DNA from: Eledone cirrhosa
Lineage: Eukaryota
NCBI GenBank assembly: GCA_964016885.1
Contig: OZ024758.1
Location: 24,366,001 to 24,430,000, forward strand
Direction: 5' to 3'
Length of the DNA stretch: 64,000 bases
Positions 27,501-39,500 of this stretch are shown here, piece by piece. The stretch's first letter is position 1. Each line of letters starts with the position of its first letter. Under the pieces are notes generated by a model, which was not told the origin of the DNA, ran no database searches, and was given only the letters and a program-made list of their open reading frames with translations. The position numbers and the translations under genes are program-made.

Positions 27501-30500
27501 TATTCACTTCCCTGACATTTGTGTATTATTCTATGTACTATATTGTATTATTCTATGTATTATTCTATGTATTATTCTATGCACCTTTGACGAGTTGTAG
27601 TGCACCTGAGCACTTTACACAATAATTTCATTATTATTATTATTATATCCATCCCACAGATGATAACAGCTGTTTGACATAAATCTACAAATCAGCAATA
27701 AATGGACACTGGACATATATGTACAAGGTGGTTAAATAAATATTACCCTGTTTTCGAGCCTGTCAACCAAACTTGACAACCGATACAACTGTGTAGATAG
27801 AGTGGTCTGTGAAGTGTTCCCACCAACTGAAAAAAAATATAGACACATATAATTGAAAAAATGTCAAACAATGATGACAATCAAATCTTTATATAAACTT
27901 TAGCGACTTCCGTCCGTCACACATGAGTGTGTGTTTGTGTGAATGTATGTGTGTGTGTGTAAAAGGAAGGAAGGGGATGGTGAAAAAAACTATAGCAAAA
28001 CAGTTACTGGCGTTCCATTTGCTACGCTGTTTATGATTTTATGTGTGTTTGTGTGAATGTATGTGTGTGTTTGTTTGTGTGAATGTATGTGTGTGTGTTT
28101 GTTTGTGTGAATGTATGTATGTGTGTGTGTTTGTGAATGTATGTCTGTGAGTGTGTATTTTTGTAAGTGTGTCCATGTTTGCATGTTTATATTTATATAC
28201 TCATACATACAAATGTATGCATCTGCACATTCCCACATGTAGATATACATGTCAGCATGTTGGAAAAAATTCTAATAATACATATTTCAGGAACAAATAT
28301 TAAATCTAATTCCTGCAATATTTATATTTAGACTCTACTAATATTTATATCTGTCTAAGTACTTTTTAAATGGTAACCCCAGGTAATACTTATATTTTTT
28401 TTGTAATATCTATACTCAACTTTAGGTAATATACACATGTTTAACTTTTAAAAATAGACAGTGTTAGAGTTTCTTGGTCAGTGTCCAAGTCTCAGACCCG
28501 TACAGCAGCACAGACTCCACTACAGCAATGAAGAGGCGGATTTTCAGGTCTTAACGACTGCCACACCGATCTCAAGCTGTGGCACGCCGCCCAGGCTTTG
28601 CTCTTCCTCTCAACCACATCATCTTCCGTATTCCCAATCTTTGCTCCCAAATACAGGAAGTCCTCAACCAATTCTAGCGGCTTCCCGCCTACATTGGCGA
28701 TCCCCTCTGGCTTCTCAACATTCTCTACCAGATATTTTGTTTTAGTCTCACTCAGATGGTGGATGGGTGCTACACGAGAATGCTGAGGATGGCTCTGAAC
28801 ATTAATCAGTATACACTGAGGATGAAAAACTTAGAGCTGTATGGGAGCCTCTCAAAAGTCAGCTCAAAAGTGACACAGAGGAGACTGAGGTTAGCTGGAC
28901 ATGCTCACCGGCATCCAGAGTTGACATTGCACTCAGTGCTCCTGTGGGAGCCCCTACATGGACACACTGGAAGAGGAAGACCAAGGTTAACATATGTTGA
29001 TCCCCTAAGGACAGACACTGGTCTGTTGGAGACGCAGGACATGGCAGCGATAATGAGGGACAGAGACCACTGGAGAGAACTCGTCCATGGATCTGGGGAA
29101 TTTTACCCGCCCTAGAAAAGGTGTTAGAGTAATTATAATAATAGATCAGTCATTAGTGCATATTATATAACACGCCCAGTACATGCTGTAAAGTGGTTGG
29201 TGATAGGATGGGCATCCAGCTATAGAAGGCTTACCAAACAAAGGGTTGGAAGGAACCTTCAGTTGTGTCACAGTCATGACAACCTCTCTTGTGCACTTAG
29301 TAGAATGTGAGACCATACGTAAGCGAGATGCAGATCCTTGGCCTGTCTGGGAGGTCAGTAGCCCTGCTTCAGTACTGACTTGGTCTATGTCGATCCATCC
29401 AACCCTTGCTAGCAGGGAAAGCAGATGTTAAACTGATGATGATGATATACATATATGTCTGCAACCTTATCAATGGAGCAACCCATTTTGCTCATACGTT
29501 CCATATTTGGCATAGTTTCCAAAGGAGACGCTTTCTAATGCCAACCCCTTTACTCTAATAAAAGAATAAAACATTGAACTCTTAAAGATATCTATTTTGT
29601 TAAGAATATATATATTATTGCAGTTAAATTCCTAACAGAAGTAGAAGATATGGCTTACATTCTGTTTCAGTTGCATTGCTGCTAGATGATGGGTTTGGCA
29701 TTGACATCTGACGTCGTGCTCTTCTTGCTACACGACCTGGGACAATAGCTGAATTTAATACTTTTGGTGGAGTATCCATCATAACTGGAACAATATCTTC
29801 ACTGAAAGTAGAACAATACACTGCCTTAATATAAATCATTTGGAGATTTTTGCTTCTGACAGGACTCGCTGGAAAAAGTGTCTGAGCACTCTGCCACCAC
29901 CACCCTCTCAGGAATAAGTGAAGAAGAAGAAGAAGAAGTAACAGAATATCAGTTATGCCATAATATATTTTATACTCTAGTAACAGAATACGATTTATAT
30001 CTCTATATATGTTATACCCTATCAACAATTCTTTTTAAAGAAATACTTAATATTAGGTTCACTGCCTTTGTCTATAAAAGTTGTGAAAGAATTTCTATCT
30101 TAGCAGAGAACATGAGAGAACAATTGATTTCTTTGATTAAAGTGATCAAATAATAATAATAATAATGAAATTATGTACAGTGCTCAGGTGCACTACAACT
30201 CATCAAAGGTGCATGTATAGTACATAGAATAATGTACAAATGTCAGGAAAATGAACAATTGCTATACAACTTGATGTGACTACACCTATCAGCAACTATT
30301 CACAACTGAAACACATAGCAGTGGATTTCGTGAGAAATATGGTAAGGAATGTCAGGTCTGTATTCTTGCTATGTGACAATATCAGTAACAAGTGTTTACT
30401 TTCTAAACCAAAGACAATATGAGAGTTTTACTCTTATTTACAAAAAAAAAGAAAAAAGGACAAGATTCCAGAACTCTTTTGCTTATCAAGTGAGGTGGAA

Positions 30501-33500
30501 TTCATCAGATTGGACCAAGGAAACCATGTTTCCATTCGTCTTTCCAATTGCTAATTCTATCTAGCAGTCACAACTCCTAGCAGAAAAAGCAACATGAAAT
30601 ACATAAAGTGTCTTGCCCAAGGAAATAATGTATGACCCAGTCCGGAAATTGAACTCACAGCCTCATGATTGTGAATTCAACTCCCTAACCACTAAGACAA
30701 GCCACTCTTATATCTAAAGTAAAGAACAAACTACAAGGTAATTTGATAACTTTACAAGTCTTCTCCATCCTGTCACCTCGGACCACGTGGTGGATGACAC
30801 ATTAGGGTGGCAGTCATCAGACAAAAAGGGTTAATAATCCTGGCACACATAATGCTGACAGACTCTCACACAACAGTATATACAGTAGTTCCCCGGTATA
30901 CGTAAGAGTTACGCTCCTGGAGCGTGAGTGAAAAACCACGAATATTGGACGTGGTTCATAAAAATACCTATAAACGTCAAAATATAACGTAAAATATAAT
31001 AAATAAGAAAAGAGTGTTTTATGTGAAGGGCTGTCCCATAGGCCAGCAAATACGATATATTGTTATTAATAATTTAGTGTGAAAAAATATATATATTGCA
31101 ACAAAAAAAGGCATTAAAAAAATCGTGGAAGATATTTATGATTCTGCAAATATACCGTGATTTCCACAAACAATTATTAGTTAGGTTCTAAGGAAAATTC
31201 TATGAATAACCAGGGCCGTGAATGTCAGGGGTACATTGTACTGTCATTTTAATAACTTACTTTTGTTCTCTTGCTTGTTCATCTAAAGCATCAGAAGCAT
31301 TCTCCATTGCTCGCTGGACAGCAGTAAACTGATTCAGAATCTCATGCAGTAAAAATCTGGTGACAAATTGTTCTTTTCGAGATGACTCTTTGTAAGTCTG
31401 AAATGATAAATAAATAAAATCTCTTTATAAAGAACATCAGCTTCCTTATTACTCCGTATGAAGTCACAAACTGGAAAGATCAGCAAAACTACTACTCTTC
31501 ATTTGCCAAATGAGGAGTAGTAGTTTTGCAATAATTGTTTCTTATTTTTGGCACAAGGCCAGTAATTTGGGGGAGGGGAAAGTCGATGAAATCGACCCCA
31601 GTGTATTACTGGTACTTTATTTTATCGACCCCGTAAGGATGAAAGGCAAAGCTAACCCTGGTGGGATTTGAACTCAGAATGTAAAGGGCCATAACTGTGC
31701 CGCAAAGCATGGTGTCTGACTTTTTACCGATTACATAAATATACACAAATTTCTCCTGTTAACTTCAACTCTAATGAAAAAAAAATTATTCTTTTACTTC
31801 CATATTTTCATGAAAGCATTGATGGTTTCTATACAAGTAATTGTTTTATATGAGTGAACTCCCTTTCTAATGTGAGATAAAAGTGATGTTAATCAAATCG
31901 AGTCAAACAAGAGTTATGTACCTTGACTGGTACATTTTATTTTTATTTTTTATTGACCTTGAATTGGTGAAAAGCAAAGTTAACCTCGGTGGGATTTGAA
32001 CTGAGAAAGCAGGAAGCTGAAACGAATACTGGAAAGGATTCTATTCTATATATATATACATACACAGTGAGCCCATATGTTACATGGCTAATAGGATTCC
32101 TAACGTATGTATGCTGAGGTTCGAGAGGAGGCATAACGTCAGATTATTTGGAGATAGAGAAGAGTCAGAAAAAGAATGACCGCGGTAGAAGATCGAGTGT
32201 TCTCCCTTAGTAGCTAGAGAAGTTGGTGAGACCTTATCTTGCATATACATTCCTTATTTGGCAGGATTGCTACAGCTAAATGATCTTCTTGAAGCCAACT
32301 AACCACCTTATAAAGTGTACTGAGTACATTTTTTTCAAGGTACAAGCACTAACACTTTGCAGAGTGAACTGGGTGCATTTTATCGTGTTACCAACACTAA
32401 AGAGGTTGTCATATGCACAACAAGACAAGACAGTCCTCTCAAACCCTACATATGTCCCATGTTTATGCATACATTTGAATGTATGTCAGTCGTGCTTGTG
32501 TTCAAACATAATTGTTCTGTATCTTACTTCACTATCTTCACAGCTATCTATTTAAAGCTGTACATGGCTATGGTGCAGCCACACTTAGAATTTGCATCAC
32601 CAGTCTGGAACCCCTATCTTGCTCAGAACATTGACCTCTTGGAAACTGTTCAGAGACGTGCAACCAAGCGCACACCCTCCATCAGACATCTACCATACTC
32701 TGAACGCCTTGCTTCCCTGGGCATGGATACACTGAAGCTCCGATGTCTGGCAACTTACTTGGTAAACACCCACAAAATTATTAACCATCTTGCCAACAAC
32801 AACTCTGAGTACCTTTTTGATTTCCATGTGTCTAACACACGTGGACATGCGCACTAAGTCAGAAAACAGCACAGTTCCCATGACTTTCGGAAACATTTTT
32901 TCACACTGCATCCTTTAAAACCTCCATGCTTCCTGAGATTCGCCAACACTACACCTAATATTCCCCCTCCATACACATACACACATGTATATCATGACTC
33001 ATACACTATTCACTTCTCTGACATTTGTATATTATTCTATGTACTATACATGCACCTTTGACGAGTTGTAGTGCACCTGAGCACTGTACACAATAATTTT
33101 ATTATTATTATAACACTCCACCATATATTCAATAGTATGTGTGTAAGTATATATGTGTACATACTCATATCTTATTGTACCTCTATGTCATTTATCTTTG
33201 TGTAAGTATATGTGTCTGCATACACATATCTTACTGTACTTCTATGTCATTTATCTTTGTGTAAGTATGTGTCTGCATACACATATACTTACTGTACTTC
33301 TATGTCATTTATCTTTGTGTAAGTATATGTGTCTGTATACACATATACTTACTGTACTTCTATGTCATTTATCTTTGTGTAAGTATATGTGTCTGTATAC
33401 ACATATACTTACTGTACTTCTATGTCATTTATCTTTGTGTAAGTATGTGTCTGCATACACATATACTTACTGTACTTCTATGTCATTTATCTTTGTGTAA

Positions 33501-36500
33501 GTATATGTGTCTGTATACACATATACTTACTGTACTTCTATGTCATTTATCTTTGTGTAAGTATATGTGTCTGCATACACACATACTTACTGTACTTCTA
33601 TGTCATTTATCTTTGTGTAAGTATATATGTCTGCATACACACATACTTACTGTACTTCTATGTCATTTCTCTTTGTGTAAGTATGTGTCTGCATACACAC
33701 ATACTTACTGTACTTCTATGTCATTTCTCTTTGTGTAAGTATATATGTGTCTGCATTTATCTTACTTATACTCTTAAACCTCACTTACAGCTGGCATGGC
33801 AACCTTTTACAAGCAGTGAGCCACATAGGAGGTGGCTCTTGATACAGCAGGTTGCACTACTAAAAAATTCAAAGCAATTTTGAAATTAGGTGTGCCATGC
33901 ATGCAGCTCGTGGGCTACAGTTTGCCCATGACCCCATGACCCCATGACCCCATGACTGATTTACACTCTTCTGAAGTACTCATTTCTTTGAAATAGAACT
34001 CTGCACAAAAAATCGAGATTCAAATTTTTTTTTCAAAAAACTCAATTAAATTTACAAATTTTACTTCACCCTCACACTGTGTGTGTGCAGTGCACGAGCA
34101 TGTGTGTACGTGCATGTGCATATGTAAGTGCATGTGCATATGTGTGTACGTGCATGTGCGTATGTGCGTACATGCATGTGCGTATGTGCGTACGTGCATG
34201 TGCATATGTAAGTGCATGTACATATGTGTATACGTGCATGTGCGTATGTGTGTACGTGCATATGTAAGTGCATGTACATATGTGTATACGTGCATGTGCG
34301 TATGTGTGTACGTGCATGTGCATATGCGTATACATGTATGTGCGTGTGTGTACGAACACGGATACTTGTTATACAGCGAGTTTCTCAGCTGAAAAATAAG
34401 ATCCCATCCCACCAATAATGTGCTGTGTGTTTTAGGAAAATTCCAGAAAGGTTTCCTGCAACATTTACCTGCAATTAGAGCAGGTAAGGACAAAGAAATA
34501 TATAGTGTAGCAGACCTGTCAACTCTCCCCGTCGAACGGGAAGATCTCCCACCCAGTTTGGAGGTGGGTGAGAGATGTCTTCTCTTGTGAAAATGGGTAT
34601 AGCTTTCATTATGTAAATCTCATCACGGTGGATTGGCAGTATCGGTAGAGGGTCGGACGCCATGCTTTCCAGCATAGTTACGTCCCTTTACGATCTGAAT
34701 TCAAATCCCGCCGAGGTTGACTTTGCCTTTCATCCTTACGGGGTCGATAAAATAAAGTACCAGTAATGCACTGGATAATTGCTGGCCTTGTGCCTAAAAT
34801 AGAAACAATTATGTAAAATATCCCTATTTTGCCTCACTTCTCCCTTGGGGCACTCCCCGTTTGGGTTTTTAGAGGTTGGCAGGTCTGGTGTAGTGATACC
34901 TAACTTGAAAACGTTGTAATCCGCGACTAACATTTCTTCTCTCTACATAGACAGATAACTAAACTGTAAAAAAAAAAAAGCAACCAAAGTTATCTCCCTT
35001 GTGAACTAGCACATTTAGAGACATAAATGTTCTATTTAGTTGAGGTTGCTTTTAAGGAAATTATGCTACAAGCTTTATATTTGTTGCTGTTTAGTCAAGG
35101 TCAGGTCTGATTAAGAAGACACGTGATCAAAAACCACCCAGCCATGTTCTTGTCTTAGGCTTTGCAGACCTAGAATTATACAAAAGTAGCTGAAAAGTAC
35201 GTAGGCTGGCTAAGGAGTGATGCTAGAGCTGTGAAATCTTGCATGCATTAATTTCAGCTCTTCTTATCAATAACTGCATTGTTTCTTTCCAGAGAATATG
35301 TTGAGAAATAAACCTCATTTGGTCATTCCATGAAGTTTTCAGACAACCCTCATATTATTTAATGTGTATCTTCCTTTTCAGAATGATAGGGTATAATTTC
35401 AGTATTTGGTTGCTATTTCTAGTAGGAGTAACTCCATATAGGCACCTTCATTGAGAACACAGGCTAACTCTGAGAATCATCATCACCGTTTAACGTCCAT
35501 TTTTCAACGCTTGCATGGGTTAGACAGGTCGTCCACGCTGGGAGGCAAGTCTGGCCAGGGTTGGCCATGTGTTACACCTTGCTCCAGCAAGGACTGTAAA
35601 TTTGGCTGGGTACTTTACAGCTGGATGAGGTCCCTTACACCAACCACATTTATAGTGTGGAACTGGATGGTACCATTATGAGGAGTGACAGGCCAGTTGG
35701 CCACACTAAATCCATCTCACAGAATATTTATCAATTATAACAAGACCATTCAATATAGCTGGGTTTTTTTAAAACTCAGAACATAAAGGGCTGTAACTAA
35801 ACAATGCAATGCACCTGGTCTGATGTTCTACTGATTCTGCCAATCCACCGCAAAAATACACCTCTTTTTTTTCAGTAAAAAAAAAAAAAAAAATCTTGTT
35901 TTTGCAAAACCATATGAGGCACTTATAACCCCAAATACTCCTTAACCCTTTACCATCTACATTACTCTATATTTACTATGGTATTTTCACATAATATTGA
36001 ATCTACAAGATTTTCATATTATTTATTTTGAAAACAATATCTTAACATAAATATGGGCAGCCATTTTGAACAGAAAGGAGTGAGAGAATTCTGGCCAGAT
36101 ACAGTTGGTTTAAATGCTAAAGGGTTAACATATATGAACAGCCAGTTTGAACAAGAAGAGGTGAGAGAATTCTGGCCAGATAAAGCCAGTTTAAATGTTA
36201 AAGGGTTAATCAAGAAACAAAAAAAATAATAATAATTCAAAAATTAAAAATTTCAATTATTAAAACAAAAACCTGTGGAACAGTTTTTTTTAAAATTAGA
36301 GAAGACATTGAGGACAATTAAAGCAACAGTGTAAACAAATCAGCTTAAAGTGGTCCTAATATTACAGATACATCAAAGTAACTCACCTGACATTCATTTA
36401 AAAATTCAATCACAAAACCATGCCAACTTAAATATTTCTTCCTAGATTTCTTTTTTCTTTTATTGAATCTTCTTTCTTTTTCTCATTTTTTAAAATATTA

Positions 36501-39500
36501 CTGTTCAAAAATAAATTATTTCTGATTTATAAAATAGTTATATTTTTTTTAGATTACATAATTTTTCATGATGTTCTTGCTGAAGCATGGAACAAACTAC
36601 CTGCATCTGTTGTTAGCTGTCGGGACACTGCATCCTTCAAAACTTCCATGATTCTCGAAATTTGCCAACACTACACCTGATATTCCCCCTCCATACACAC
36701 GCACACATGTATCTGTGTGTATATCATGACACATACACTGTTCACTTTCCTCACATTATTCTATGTATTATACATGCACCTTTGATGAGTTGAAGTGCAC
36801 CTAAGTACTGTACACAGTCATTTTCATTATTATTATTATTATTATTATAAGGGCAGTGGATTGGCAGTAGAGCATTGGACACCATGCTTTGCAGCATAGA
36901 GTTACGGCCCTTTACGGTTTGAGTTCAAATCCCACCGAGGTTAACTTTGCCTTTCATCCTTACGGGGGTCGATAAAATAAAGTACCAGTAATGCACTGGG
37001 ATAATTGCTGGCCTTGTGCCAAATGTAGAAACAATTATTATTATTGTGTGACAATACAAGAGGCTAGCTCCCAGCAATCTAAAGCTACAAACCAGTTTTG
37101 AGTTTTTTTAAGAAGGTTACTTTCAGCCATTTTTGCTATATTATATCTTTATATCTATTGGGAATCATGAACATCACACCATTTTAAAGCATCTTATCTA
37201 CATCTACAAATATTATTCCAGCCCTAAAATCCCACCACAACATCAATCAAATTTCCTAACCACTTTTATAGTCAAGTATAAATACAAGTATAAATACAAG
37301 TATAAATGCCAGCCAAACTGAAAAGGAATTTCTTCAGAGCTGCTGTGGAGTCTGTGCTTGTTTATGGCTCTATAACTTGGACGCCAACGTCGAAACTGGA
37401 GAAAAAGCTAGACGGGGCATCCACACGTATGTTCCGCGCTGCTTTAAACGTGTCTTGGAGGGAACACCCAACAAATAAGGATCTCTATGGCAATATACCA
37501 CCTATCAGCAGGTCAATACGTGGTCAGAGACTCAGATTTGCTGGCCACTGTTGGCGCAGCAAGGAAGAAATAGCAGGTGATGTGTTGTTATGTACTCCAT
37601 CTCATGGAGCAAGAAACGCTGGTCGTCCCAAGAAGACATACGTCAAGCAACTTGAGGACGATACTGGATGCACTGCGGAAGAACTGGCAAACGCTATGAG
37701 AGACAGAGATGGATGGAGGAAACGTGTCGTAGAAAGCCGAGCAAGCTCGACCTGGTGATGATGATAAATACAAGTATTTATAAATACAAGTATTCTTTAT
37801 ACAGCGGTAGAGTGCCCACTAGTACAGTTTGGGACAAAGTTAGGGCAGTGAGAGCACTCAAAACTACTCTATGACTCTACCATAATACAATGGGTAGGTT
37901 AGTGAAGGGACTTCGAGGTCACTAACAACTGACTGGCAAGATATTCATTTTACTTTCATTGACAGGTTTCATTATCATCGTTTTCACATCCATTTTTCCC
38001 CGCTTGCATGAGTTTGTTACAGTAAATAAACTTGGATTACATTTCTGAATCTGAAAGAACAAATCTCTTCTTCTATATAGAAAAGGGAGATAGATTATAA
38101 AGTAAATGACTTACTTGAGAGGTAGAAAATAAGACAGAGGTCATGTTAGAGTTGAGGTCATCAAGTACAGCATAGATATCTTTAAAAGCTCCCAGGTGTA
38201 AAGAGAAGTAAGCACAGAGCTCTTCTGTGTCAATGTTACTGAAAAATACATACATCATAGAATACTTTACAGTGTAAAGTTCACAAACAGAATCACCAAT
38301 TAGAATTATACAATTCATTATTTCCAAAGGTTTAACATGTTAGCATGGGTTGGACAAGTCTGTCAGACAATATGGCATCACTATTTTCAATCTTTTTTGT
38401 TAGATTTTATTTCAATACATTTTTCAATAGCTTAAGTGAACAATGGATACAACAATCCATTTTCCATGCCAGCATGGGTTGGACGTGTTGTCCCATTGTG
38501 AGACAAGTCAGATCGGGTGACCATGTCTTGCTTATACAGAACTGTATCTAAGATTTTCGGCAAAATGAATTCAAGCACCAGTTTTGATTCTCTGAGTGGA
38601 ACCATATCATTTACGTTGCTAACCTTCTTGGGAAGATTTTAACTATCACAACTACACAATTCCTTTTTCAAATTACTGTATACACTTGGATATAAGCCGA
38701 GGAATAGGTGATGACTTAAAATGGCAGGTGGGGGTCAGCTTATATATGCCATCTAAACAATGTTGATTAGCTACCTCAGCTTATAAATGGGGTTGCGAAT
38801 TTTACCTATTTCCCAGACATAAAATGGTGGGATCGGCTTATATTCGAGTATATATGGTAAGCCCCTTTATAAATCCTTTCCTCAATTTTAATATAAATCT
38901 TTTTTGACTAACCATATGAGCATTTCGAAGGGCAACGCAGGAGATCTTACTGGTTCTTACTTTATCAACACTGGCAATTTAACAGTCAATAATCAACCCT
39001 GTTTGGATTTTAAATTAGAACCAGAAAGGATAACATTTTCACAATGAAAACAAAACAGCCCCATCTCAGCCACCTAAACCACTAGGACAGAACACTTTCA
39101 ATTACTACATCTCTACTTACTGGAATACCGATAAGAATATTATACCATTATATACATACATAGAGCATTCATGAAGGTATGGCACCAAACTTTGGCTTAC
39201 AAATAGAAGCATAACCAGGGAAAATAGTCTATGGCAAGCAGTGAAATTGTGGCCCTACCCAGCACTGTATTTTTACCTATGGAGGCTTAATAATTTATAT
39301 AAATGGTTTAATGATCCAGCCACCATAGTGTTTCTCACCCCTGATAATCAAAGACAGATCATAAATCTGAAGGAATTTCTTTTTTCACTCTCCGACGAGA
39401 CATTTGACTTTAATAGGACATGCTCCTAGTCCAAGTGGCGCCCCCTATGTGCCATGGTTGCCAGATCTTCGTTACGCCTTTGCTTACAAGAAAGAATGGA

